64,000 nucleotides of DNA, from NCBI GenBank assembly GCA_963770685.1, contig CAVYQN010000001.1, positions 218,650-282,649 on the forward strand, read 5' to 3'. How positions within the stretch are numbered: position 1 is the stretch's first letter; each line of letters starts with the position of its first letter. Of the stretch, positions 42,801-51,121 are shown piece by piece. Under the pieces are notes generated by a model. It made no database searches and was not told the origin of the DNA. It saw nothing but the letters and a program-made list of their open reading frames with translations. This DNA comes from Candidatus Krumholzibacteriia bacterium. Lineage in GTDB: Bacteria; Krumholzibacteriota; Krumholzibacteriia; Krumholzibacteriales; Krumholzibacteriaceae. The position numbers and the translations under genes were made by a program.

Positions 42801-42980
42801 CTGATGACGAGCGCAACGACGATCCTCGCCCTTCTTCCCCTCACCTTCGGTATAGGGGAAGGGGCCGCGCTGAGGTCGCCGATGGCGCTGGCCGTGATGG
42901 GCGGGCTGGTGACTTCGACGATCCTTACGCTATTCGTGATCCCTTGCATATATCACGTACTCGACAGGGCCGGACAATGA
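39876..42980 (+). CDS. Efflux RND transporter permease subunit (HAE1-like), copy 1
   Basis: 1034 aa with 12 TM helices and two large periplasmic loops. The ATG overlaps the MFP stop (ATGA). Confidence 0.85.
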   Translation: MRTISDFSVKHPVTVAMAISAVLLLGYISFGRLGIDLFPDLNSPKLFVEMKAGETPPEEMEKNYASPIESAASTLKGVTDVSSAIRVGSAQITVEYKWDADMDEAFLDLQKSVTDLTQRFDKDEIEVTITQHDPNSEPVMTIAFMHPEIDDLDELRKVAENYLRSELSRVEGIAGVEISGDEEKEVIIETDGYLLDAYGLTAEEVANRIDSYNRTVSGGSITEMGLEYTIKGISVYGTLDDFGNIILAWKSAAEETGSQSAAVSSASNLQDEKVPVYLKDVARISFANKDPESIVMYNGRRCLGLSIYKEMKFNTVEASKTLKESLDVIRKALPGYELVIINDQGRFITASIDEVKQSALIGILLAVLILYVFLRRIGTTIIVSVSIPISIVATFNLMYFNGLSLNIMTLGGLALGAGMLVDNAIVVMENIIRNIEEGMDLSEASIAGTSQVSGAITASTITTIVVFLPIVYIHGASGELFKDQAWTVTFSLLSSLAVAIFVMPMMASRFIKRLPAGTVSRSIRFPWYGKAIEKVLDNRWRVIGAAALLVAGSAILIPHVGSEFLPKTAMNEFTVKISLPEGTELERTAGTVAGIENIARGILGDDLETIYSLVGPATGMSGSEESIFQDENTASIKIVLKKDHAIGSEKLVSDLGAAISVIPDLESEFVQDETALLATLGTDSAPVVVEIRGENLETLEQIASGVKERLLAIGDLYNVETSLERGRPEVDIVIDRLNAGMRNISVTSIGSQVSNLLMGRQAGQWDYDGEKKDITIRTPETALGNLDDLVLDSSGGKVRLGEIAGIRHGYAPREINRINRVRTAIVTAGQKKGRPFDHMIKDVRASLAGIDLPADYRLVITGEEEKRRSEFEDLRFALILSIVLVYMVMAAQFESLIHPFAILLTIPFAGVGAVLIFFILGRTLNIMAYIGIIMLAGIAVNNAILLVDAINGLRREGVAKREAIVEAGNRRIRPILMTSATTILALLPLTFGIGEGAALRSPMALAVMGGLVTSTILTLFVIPCIYHVLDRAGQ

Positions 42981-45900
42981 TCGGAAATCTGATCACACGC
43001 AGGAAGATCCTTATCAGCATGTTCTTCGTCGCGCTGACGATGCTCGGGATCGCCTCGTACAATCTGCTTCCCGTGGAGCTGCTGCCGGATGTCGAGCTTC
43101 CGTACCTCTTCGTTAATATCTTCCCCGTCAGGGATACGGACCCCGCGCATATCGAAACGGAAGCGCTGATACCCGTCGAAAGCGCGATCGGCACCCTGGA
43201 GAACATCGACAAAATAGAATCGTACGCCGATTCCCGCGGCGGGATGATAACGGTCACGTACAACAGGAATACCAGCGTCAAATACGCGTATCTCAAGCTC
43301 CAGGAAAAGATCGCCGAGATCAGACCGACCCTTCCTTCGACCTATGTAATACTGTTGAACAAGATAGACATCGAACAGGCCACCAACCAGTTCATGAGCC
43401 TTGAGATCCGCGGCGAGGGCGGCCTCGACAGGGTCAGGTACCTGGTCGACAGCGAACTCAAGAGGGAATTCGAGAGCCTCAACGGCATCTCCAGCGTCTC
43501 GGTCTCGGGAGGCCGGGAAAAATCGGTGGAAATCATTCTCCAGGACGAGGCCATTGAAGCCTACGGGCTGACACCGTCGAGGATCTCGGCGCTGATAGGC
43601 CAGAACAGCGCGAGCAACACGTACGTCGGCCAGGTTTACGGGGACGGAATCTCGTACTTCGTGAACGTCGTGGCCGAGTACACCGATATATCCGAAATCG
43701 AAAACATCATCGTGACCAGGACCGGCCCCGTGCTTCTCAGGGACGTGGCCGATATATATTTCGGCGTCAAGGAGCAGACATCGATCAGCCGGGTAAACGG
43801 CATGGAAACGGTCACGATGGACCTGGTCCGGGACGGCCAGGCCAACCTGATAGAATTATCTCACGCGACGAGGGAGGTGGTCTCCCGCCTCAACAGGGAA
43901 ATGAAGGATACGGGCGTCGAAATCGTCGTCCGCAACGACAACGCCGAGCTTATGGAAAAGAACATAGACCTGATCATCAGGCTCGCCGTCATCGGGGGCC
44001 TGCTGGCCGTCGCCATACTCTGGATCTTTCTGAGAAACCTCAGGCTCGTTATGATAATAGCCCTCTCGATACCCATCTCGGTCTTCACCGCATTCAATTT
44101 CTTCTATTCCGCGGGAATATCGATAAACACCCTCACGCTCATAGGGATGGCGCTTGCGGTCGGCATGCTCGTGGATAACAGCGTCGTCGTGCTGGAAAAC
44201 ATATACAGGCTCGTTTCGTCGGGGATGGACACGACGAGGGCCGTAATACAGGGGGTCACCGAGGTATGGCGTTCGATAGTGGCCGCCACGCTGACCACGA
44301 TCACCGTTTTCGTGCCGTTCATGTTTTCGTCTGAGTTCCTCGTGCGGACCATCGGAAAACATGTCGGCGTCTCCATCATATCCACCCTTCTCGTCTCCCT
44401 CGTCGTCGCGCTTTTTCTCGTGCCCATGGTGACCCATTTCTTCCTCTCGAGAAGATCAGTCTCGGACAGCGCCGGCTTTCAGAGCGAATCGGGCGGCAAC
44501 AGGATGCTCCGGATATATACTGTCCTGCTCAAAGCGTGCCTTCGCTACCCGATCAGGACGATAATAACCACCGTCGTGGCCTTTTTCGCCAGTGTCATCC
44601 TGTGCTTCGGGATGAGCCTTAACGTGACGGAGGAAGCCGAGGCGGACAATTTCAACATATACGTCACGATGCCCTCCGGATCGACCCTGGGAAGCGCCGA
44701 CCTCGCGGTTGCCGACCTGGAACAGAGGCTCGAATCCATAGCTGAAAAAGAGGACGTCGTTTCCAAGATCTATGAAGAGGAAGCCGTGCTGACGGTAAAC
44801 CTGAAGGAGGACTACAACAGGGTCGCCAACCGTTCGATGCAGGCCGTCAAGGAGGACGCCAGGAAACGGATGGAGGGTTTCAACGCGGCGGAGGTGTCGT
44901 TCGACCCTCCGGCTTCCAGCAGGCGTTACCGCGGGGGTCACGGCGGGATGGCCAGGAACATGGAGCGGATGTTCGGCATCGGTTCGCAGCGCGAGAAGGT
45001 AGTCATAAAGGGAAACAGCATCGAATCGATGCAGGATACCGGCGAGAACATAAGGTATTTCCTGGAAAACCTCGAGTCGGTGAGCTCGGCCGATATGAAC
45101 ATAAACGAAAACAGCCCGGAGATACATCTTCTGTTCGACACGAAAGCGATGAGTTATTACGACATACCCCTCTCGTCCGTGGCGTCCGAACTCGCCTCCT
45201 TCTCGAAGGAAAGCCCCAGCTCGATAACCTTCAAACAGGGCACGGATGAATACGAAATCATATTCAAGAAGAGCGACCAGAGCGACAGGAAGATGGACGA
45301 TCTCAGGACACTGCCGATCCAGGGGCAGGGCGGTTCCGTCGTCGAACTGCAGAATCTCGGCGAAATAGTATATTCGCACGGAATGCCCGGGATAAACAGG
45401 GTTAACCAGGAAAAACAGATCGAGGTCACGTACGAGTTCAACTCCGACGTCAACAGTTCGAAGGAGGTTCTGGAGGCCGCGCGGGCCGAGGTGGATCAGA
45501 TGGTTTCGAATCTCGTCATTCCTTCCGGCGTGGCCATTGAAGTCGTTCACGAGGAAAACGACTACAGCGAGTTCAAATTCCTGACCGCCGTCGCGTTCAT
45601 CCTCATATACATGATACTGGCCTCGGTTTTCGAATCCTTCGCCACTCCGGTCGTGATGATGTTCACCATTCCCCTGGCGGCGATCGGATCTTTCTGGCTC
45701 CTGATTTTCACAGGGACCTCCCTGTTGAACGCCTATACCCTGACCGGTTTTCTCATACTTCTCGGCGTCGTGGTGAACAACGGGATCATCCTTCTGGATT
45801 ACTCCCTGATCCTGAGGAGAAGGGGATTCCGCCGCTCCCGCGCGCTGATGCTCGCGGGTCGGGCGAGAACGAGGCCGATCCTGATCACATCGATCACGAC

Positions 45901-46357
45901 GATAGTCGCGATGGTCCCGCTCGCGATGGGAAGGACCGAACAGGTGGCCATGCTCGGCGCCCCCTTTGCGATAACTGTCATAGGCGGGCTGACCCTGAGC
46001 ACTCTTTTCACGCTGATTTTCATACCGGTCGTTTATTCCGGGATGGAATCTGCCCTTCAATGGCTTCGCGGGCTCGATTACAGGATCAGGCTCGCGCAGG
46101 CTGGCGGCGTTCATCGCGGGTTGCTGGCTGATATACGTCAACGTCGACAGCACGATCTGGCGGATTATCTTCCTGTCGGTGATCACCTTTGTCGTGCCGG
46201 GGCTTACGTGGTTCGCCCTTTCCAGCCTGCGAACGGCGAAAACGGAGATTATCCCCGAGGACGAGCCGATAAGGATAACGATCCGCAACCTCGCGAAGAT
46301 TTACGATCAGCCCTCCCGTTTCATGCGCGAATGGAACAGGGGGAAACGGATCCCTGA
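42977..46357 (+). CDS. Efflux RND transporter permease subunit, copy 2 (3' boundary uncertain)
   Basis: Start MIGNLITRRKI overlaps the copy-1 stop (ATGA). By analogy with copy 1, which ends 5 aa after its last TM, this protein should end near 46060-46090. Instead the frame runs on for about 90 non-RND-like, Arg/Asp-rich codons to 46357. Confidence 0.7.
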   Translation: MIGNLITRRKILISMFFVALTMLGIASYNLLPVELLPDVELPYLFVNIFPVRDTDPAHIETEALIPVESAIGTLENIDKIESYADSRGGMITVTYNRNTSVKYAYLKLQEKIAEIRPTLPSTYVILLNKIDIEQATNQFMSLEIRGEGGLDRVRYLVDSELKREFESLNGISSVSVSGGREKSVEIILQDEAIEAYGLTPSRISALIGQNSASNTYVGQVYGDGISYFVNVVAEYTDISEIENIIVTRTGPVLLRDVADIYFGVKEQTSISRVNGMETVTMDLVRDGQANLIELSHATREVVSRLNREMKDTGVEIVVRNDNAELMEKNIDLIIRLAVIGGLLAVAILWIFLRNLRLVMIIALSIPISVFTAFNFFYSAGISINTLTLIGMALAVGMLVDNSVVVLENIYRLVSSGMDTTRAVIQGVTEVWRSIVAATLTTITVFVPFMFSSEFLVRTIGKHVGVSIISTLLVSLVVALFLVPMVTHFFLSRRSVSDSAGFQSESGGNRMLRIYTVLLKACLRYPIRTIITTVVAFFASVILCFGMSLNVTEEAEADNFNIYVTMPSGSTLGSADLAVADLEQRLESIAEKEDVVSKIYEEEAVLTVNLKEDYNRVANRSMQAVKEDARKRMEGFNAAEVSFDPPASSRRYRGGHGGMARNMERMFGIGSQREKVVIKGNSIESMQDTGENIRYFLENLESVSSADMNINENSPEIHLLFDTKAMSYYDIPLSSVASELASFSKESPSSITFKQGTDEYEIIFKKSDQSDRKMDDLRTLPIQGQGGSVVELQNLGEIVYSHGMPGINRVNQEKQIEVTYEFNSDVNSSKEVLEAARAEVDQMVSNLVIPSGVAIEVVHEENDYSEFKFLTAVAFILIYMILASVFESFATPVVMMFTIPLAAIGSFWLLIFTGTSLLNAYTLTGFLILLGVVVNNGIILLDYSLILRRRGFRRSRALMLAGRARTRPILITSITTIVAMVPLAMGRTEQVAMLGAPFAITVIGGLTLSTLFTLIFIPVVYSGMESALQWLRGLDYRIRLAQAGGVHRGLLADIRQRRQHDLADYLPVGDHLCRAGAYVVRPFQPANGENGDYPRGRADKDNDPQPREDLRSALPFHARMEQGETDP

Positions 46358-47711
46358 AAGCCCCTCCGAGCTGGACGCTCCCGCGCTCCGCGGCGACCCG
46401 GGCAGCCTGCTCTGGAAGCTCCCTCTGCTCGGCTTCATGATCTACTTCGTATATTTCTACCTTACGAGCGCGCTCTGGACTTTTATCCTGGTCCACCCGA
46501 TATTCTTCTTCGCGCTGCACGTCCTCAAGTCGTCCAGGGAATGCCTCGTTTCCCTCCGCGCTTACCGCGGGGATGAAAACGGCCCGCCGATCTTCGGTGG
46601 TTTCTCACTGCGCTCGGCGGACATTCTCCGGCCGGCCATCCTCTGGGGATATCCACTCTTCAACATGGCCTATTTCTGGCTGAGGTGGCACAACATCGCC
46701 GCGGTTATTTTCGCCGGGCTACTTTGGTACGCCGCCCTTCTCGTGTTTGTCACCGCCGATAAACTCCACCGAGAAAAGGTCAACATAGCGAGGATAGCTG
46801 GCAGGCTGGCCACCGTCAAAAAAGGGTTCTACTACCTCGTAAGGGCGATACCGGTCGTCGGAACGAAGAAGGAGCCGTTCAGGGCCCTGGCCGGGGTGTC
46901 GCTCGAGATAGAAAAGGGAATGTTCGGACTTCTCGGCCCCAACGGCGCCGGCAAGACGACCCTGATGAGGATCATATGCGGCATCCTAGACCAGAGTTAC
47001 GGGAAGATAGACATCAACGGCATCGACATAAACGAAAAACGGGAGGAGCTCCAGGGGCTCATCGGTTACCTTCCCCAGGAGTTCGGGATGTACGAGAACA
47101 TGACCGCCTGGGAATTTCTCAACTACCAGGGGATCCTCAAGGGGCTCACAGACAGGGGGGCGCGGGAGAAGATGGTGGAGTACGTCCTCGGCGCCGTGCA
47201 CATGGATGAGAGCCGCGACACGGCGATAGGATCGTTCTCCGGCGGCATGAAGCAGAGGATCGGGATAGCCCAGATACTTCTTCACCTGCCGCGCATACTC
47301 GTCGTCGACGAGCCGACCGCCGGCCTCGACCCCAGGGAAAGGATACGTTTCCGCAACCTGCTGGTCGAGCTCAGCCGGGACCGGGTGGTCATATTCTCCA
47401 CGCACATCATCGAGGACATATACAGTTCGTGCAACAAGGTCGCCGTCCTCGACAGGGGCAGGCTCCTCTATCTCGACGATCCGGCGAAAATGAAGGATCT
47501 GGCCCGCGGGCACGTCTGGCAGTTCCTGGTGGCGCCGAAGGACTTCGAACAGACGAGGGAGACGATGAAGGTCGTTCATCACATGCGCCAGGGCGAAATG
47601 ATCAGGGTGCGCGTGATCTCCGACGGAAAGCCCGTTGAATACGCCGACGAGGTTGTTCCCACTCTGGAGGACGCCTACCTGTGGCTGCTCAAGGACAAGG
47701 ACAGGACATGA
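46179..47711 (+). CDS. ABC transporter ATP-binding protein with N-terminal 4-TM extension, paralog of 32931-33827 (5' boundary uncertain)
   Basis: C-terminal 280 aa has Walker A GPNGAGKTT, signature FSGGMKQRI, Walker B ILVVDEPT and a shared ...ARGHVWQF tail. N-terminal 230 aa has about 4 hydrophobic helices. The frame is open back to 46017 with no ATG. GTG at 46179 sits inside a predicted helix. Confidence 0.6.
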   Translation: MITFVVPGLTWFALSSLRTAKTEIIPEDEPIRITIRNLAKIYDQPSRFMREWNRGKRIPESPSELDAPALRGDPGSLLWKLPLLGFMIYFVYFYLTSALWTFILVHPIFFFALHVLKSSRECLVSLRAYRGDENGPPIFGGFSLRSADILRPAILWGYPLFNMAYFWLRWHNIAAVIFAGLLWYAALLVFVTADKLHREKVNIARIAGRLATVKKGFYYLVRAIPVVGTKKEPFRALAGVSLEIEKGMFGLLGPNGAGKTTLMRIICGILDQSYGKIDINGIDINEKREELQGLIGYLPQEFGMYENMTAWEFLNYQGILKGLTDRGAREKMVEYVLGAVHMDESRDTAIGSFSGGMKQRIGIAQILLHLPRILVVDEPTAGLDPRERIRFRNLLVELSRDRVVIFSTHIIEDIYSSCNKVAVLDRGRLLYLDDPAKMKDLARGHVWQFLVAPKDFEQTRETMKVVHHMRQGEMIRVRVISDGKPVEYADEVVPTLEDAYLWLLKDKDRT

Positions 47712-48412
47712 AACTGAAAAACAGCCTGGATCTCGCCGTGAGGATGTCGCGATACAACCTCAAGATAGTCTTCGCGAACAAATTCGTGTATTTCCTGCTC
47801 GCCGCCTTCGTCTTCTTCCTCGGAATAACGGCGATCATATTCTTCAGCTCCGATTCGGATCCGGACGCTTCCGACGTCTACAACCTCCTGCTTTTTCCCG
47901 GCATCCTTCTAGTTTTCTACCCCACCGCGTTCGGGATACAGAACGACGTCGACTCCAGGATGATCGAGATCCTCTTCGGGATACCGAACTACAGGTACAA
48001 GGTATGGCTCCTGCGGCTGGCCCTGATATGGCTCATCGTAATCGTCTTCCTTGCCGTTCTAGCCCTTCTCAGCTCGGCAGCCCTTGTCCCGGTGCCGATC
48101 GCGAGGATGATCTACCACCTGATGTTCCCGATCTTCTTCCTCGGATGCCTTTCCTTCATGTTTTCCACCCTGATCAGGAGCGGAAACGGGACAGCCGTGG
48201 TGATGGTGGCCATAGGCATGGCCTTCTGGATATCTTCTGGAGTCATCGCCCAGAGCAGGTGGAACCTCTTCCTCAATCCCTTCGGCGAGAGCACCAACCA
48301 GGTTGTATGGGCCTCGACGATCCTCAAGAACAGGATATACCTCGCGGTCGGATCGATCCTCGCGCTGCTGTACGGGCTGATGAATCTGCAGAAACGGGAG
48401 AAGTTCATCTGA
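47708..48412 (+). CDS. ABC-2 type transporter permease
   Basis: The ATG overlaps the upstream ATPase stop (ATGA). 6 TM helices. Confidence 0.65.
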   Translation: MKLKNSLDLAVRMSRYNLKIVFANKFVYFLLAAFVFFLGITAIIFFSSDSDPDASDVYNLLLFPGILLVFYPTAFGIQNDVDSRMIEILFGIPNYRYKVWLLRLALIWLIVIVFLAVLALLSSAALVPVPIARMIYHLMFPIFFLGCLSFMFSTLIRSGNGTAVVMVAIGMAFWISSGVIAQSRWNLFLNPFGESTNQVVWASTILKNRIYLAVGSILALLYGLMNLQKREKFI

Positions 48413-48499
48413 CGGCGGCGCAGGCAGCCTTCGGCGGTCCTATATGCCGTATCTGAATATATAGTAGATTTCGACCAGTATTGAGATCATCATCTTCAT

Positions 48500-48883
48500 T
48501 TATCCTCCGATCCTTTCTGAATTGAAAATCCGTCTCGTATCGTCGTGGAGAAGGACCCACAAGGTATAGATGCCGAGAAAGGTGCCGAACGGCACGTTCA
48601 GTATGTGCAGAAATCCGACAACCAGGGTCAGTATCCTTCCCCACTGATAATGCTTGAGAATGGCCACCCCGCCTATGAGGCCGGGAAGATTGACAAACAG
48701 AAGGAAGGAGGCGATGATGAACCCGATCGTCGTCGTTATGGTCATGACCTCGATATCGCCCGAAAGCATCCCGCCTCCGGTTATCGCCGCGAAGATGATC
48801 ATGGCGATGAGGATGCCGAGGGCACTCCAGGCTATATGCAGCACACCCAGTATCGTAACATGTTGTTCCATTTCAGGGGTCAC
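48500..48883 (-). CDS. Small integral membrane protein, unknown function
   Basis: 127 aa with 4 hydrophobic helices. Confidence 0.4.
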   Translation of the reverse strand: MTPEMEQHVTILGVLHIAWSALGILIAMIIFAAITGGGMLSGDIEVMTITTTIGFIIASFLLFVNLPGLIGGVAILKHYQWGRILTLVVGFLHILNVPFGTFLGIYTLWVLLHDDTRRIFNSERIGG

Positions 48884-48924
48884 TCCTTCCGCGTGGGCGG
48901 TTCATGCCCACAGCCTTGCGATCC

Positions 48925-49497
48925 TTAAAACCAGCCGAGATCGTTCAACTCGTCTATCTGTCTTCTCATCTTTTTGTGCGTTCTCTCGAACCGTTCCCCC
49001 AAGTCCTCGAGTTTTTCGCCCTTTCTCTCGAGTTTCTCCGCCTGCGCTTCGATCCTTCTCGACTGTCTCTCCATGTCCCGTTCGAGGTCGTCGGAATCGT
49101 AATCATCGAGGATCAGTTTGAAAGCTCCCGCGACGGCCTTCAGCCCGAGCTCGGCTCCCTTGGCTCCTATCCGGGCCCCCTCGATGCCCAGTTCCTTCGC
49201 CGTTTCTATTATCTCGTCGAGGCTCTCGTAGTAATTTCCGACGAGCTCGCGCTGATCGCCGTCGAGCTTGACCTGGTCGTCGTTTATGTAGAGCTCGTAA
49301 TCGCCGGTGATCTCTACGACATCGTCGTTGTCGTTGCATTCTATTATGATCGTTCCATCCTCAAATTCGACGGATATGTCCTCGCCCCGAAAGACGTTTC
49401 CGCCGCGACCTCCATCCATTCCGATGGCCGCACCAGCGCCTGCGGCGGTAAACGCGGACATCATGAAGATTGCCAGTATAAATGCGGTTCTTTTCAT
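48925..49497 (-). CDS. Secreted acidic/coiled-coil protein, unknown function
   Basis: Internal start MKRTAFILAIFMMSAFTAAGAGA (signal peptide). Asp-rich middle and a charged C-terminal coiled coil (ERQSRRIEAQAEKLERKGEKLEDLGERFE). Confidence 0.4.
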   Translation of the reverse strand: MKRTAFILAIFMMSAFTAAGAGAAIGMDGGRGGNVFRGEDISVEFEDGTIIIECNDNDDVVEITGDYELYINDDQVKLDGDQRELVGNYYESLDEIIETAKELGIEGARIGAKGAELGLKAVAGAFKLILDDYDSDDLERDMERQSRRIEAQAEKLERKGEKLEDLGERFERTHKKMRRQIDELNDLGWF

Positions 49498-49890
49498 GCC
49501 CCATCCTCCGGGAAAAGGTCGTCTGGTTCCGTGACTCGTGAATGAATACGCAAAAACGGGCGATCTTGTTGCAGGGATATGAGGATCATCCCGGCCAGGC
49601 GATTGTGAACCTTTATGGACAGCCGTACACGATCGTTGTACCAAACGGTACATTTCGTCGGTTCCAGACGGGGATGGGCAAGGACGGCTCGTCCGCCTAT
49701 AGTATTGTAATACAATTAGTTAGCATTCTTTACCCTCGGGTGGAAATTCGGGCACTCAACCTGCAATGCCGATTGATACAGATGTAAAGTACCGGGCCGA
49801 TTCCGTGAGGGGGAATTATTCATGGAGCCGGCCTTCCGAAAGTAAATCAACTGAATTCATAGTGTGAATGTCCCTGAAAGGAGAGAGAGA

Positions 49891-51030
49891 ATGAAAAGTT
49901 TCCTTGTTTACCTTGCAGTGCTGATCATGGCGCTGGGGTCCGGATGTCAATTCCTCGAATCGACTCCGGCGTCGCCGGTTTCCGAAGAGGTGTCGGAAGA
50001 CGCAGCGATCGATCTCGATGCGCCTACAGGCGGCCTGACGGCCTCCGATGAAGAGCCGGCCTTCGGGGAGGAAGACGGCGAGTACCTTCGATCCCTTACC
50101 GTCGAGCCCCTGTACGACGACCCGATTCAGGAAGACGCCCAGATCAAGGCGGCCGAGAACAACCGTTACGCCAGGGTCTTCAAGCTTCGCTCGATCTGGG
50201 GCCACCTGATCAGAGCCGCTTCGGATTCCACGGATACGGACTGTTGCCCGATCGACTGGTCGGGGGGCATAAAGTTCGACGGCGGGTTCGTCGTGATACA
50301 GAAACTCATCGCCTTCGATGCCGGGGATTACGTAACCAGGATAGACAGGTCGACGATCGAATGGGTATCGCGGACCTGCCCGCACGTTGACGGGATCGAG
50401 GTCATACTGATTCAGCCGAATCCGACGCCCAACAGCGTCGACTCCCTCGATTTCGTTCCGATGGTTCATTTCAAGGCCGGCGCCTACGAGCATTCCTTCA
50501 CACTCGAAGAGCTCGCCGCGTTCCAGGAGAATCACTGGGTCGACAGGTGCGGCAACGGCATAATGGTCTCGAGCCGCCTCAGGCCGTTCGGATGCCAGAA
50601 GGGGTACCTGTTCGGCGCGTGGCAGGCGATCGAGCCTGACACCATTTACAGCGAAGCGACGGACAGCACCGAAGCCGAGATGCGCGGCGTCCTGCTGGGG
50701 CTCTACAGGGGAGTATGGATGGGGGATAACGGGATGGCGGCGGGGTTCGTGAAGGGATTCGCCGGCACGAACAGCGAGGGCGAGAACGTCATCTTCGGGA
50801 AATTCATCGATCTCGAAGGCAGGTTCAAGGGCTTCCTCCGCGGCAGATACGGGTTCGATCCTTCGGTGGATGTCGCGTTCCAGCCCTCCACCGGATGGTT
50901 CGACGGTGTCTGGATAGGAAAGGACCTCGGGACAAAGGGAACACTCGAGGGAAGATGGATAACCGACGTCGAGACGGGACAGGGATATTTCCACGGGAAT
51001 TGGGGCTTCAGGTGTTTGGAAGATAACTAG
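49891..51030 (+). CDS. Lipoprotein, unknown function
   Basis: MKSFLVYLAVLIMALGSGC lipobox after AAAGGAGAGAGAG RBS. Acidic N-terminal linker, then a Trp/Gly-rich globular region. Confidence 0.5.
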   Translation: MKSFLVYLAVLIMALGSGCQFLESTPASPVSEEVSEDAAIDLDAPTGGLTASDEEPAFGEEDGEYLRSLTVEPLYDDPIQEDAQIKAAENNRYARVFKLRSIWGHLIRAASDSTDTDCCPIDWSGGIKFDGGFVVIQKLIAFDAGDYVTRIDRSTIEWVSRTCPHVDGIEVILIQPNPTPNSVDSLDFVPMVHFKAGAYEHSFTLEELAAFQENHWVDRCGNGIMVSSRLRPFGCQKGYLFGAWQAIEPDTIYSEATDSTEAEMRGVLLGLYRGVWMGDNGMAAGFVKGFAGTNSEGENVIFGKFIDLEGRFKGFLRGRYGFDPSVDVAFQPSTGWFDGVWIGKDLGTKGTLEGRWITDVETGQGYFHGNWGFRCLEDN

Positions 51031-51054
51031 ACGATCCCGCCATGACCCCGCACA

Positions 51055-51090
51055 GGGCCGCGTTTCGAGAAAACGCGGCCCTTTTTATTT
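51055..51090 (+). terminator. Rho-independent terminator
   Basis: Perfect 11-bp stem GGGCCGCGTTT / AAACGCGGCCC with loop CGAGA, then TTTTTATTT. Confidence 0.7.
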
Positions 51091-51121
51091 CGGGATCGCC
51101 GCCCCGGCCTGCCGGCGGGCG

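Noticed and set aside
44456-46288. 610-aa minus-strand ORF
   Set aside because: Antisense to RND2. Arg/His/Gly/Asp-rich with no domain, whereas the sense strand has an unambiguous RND transporter.
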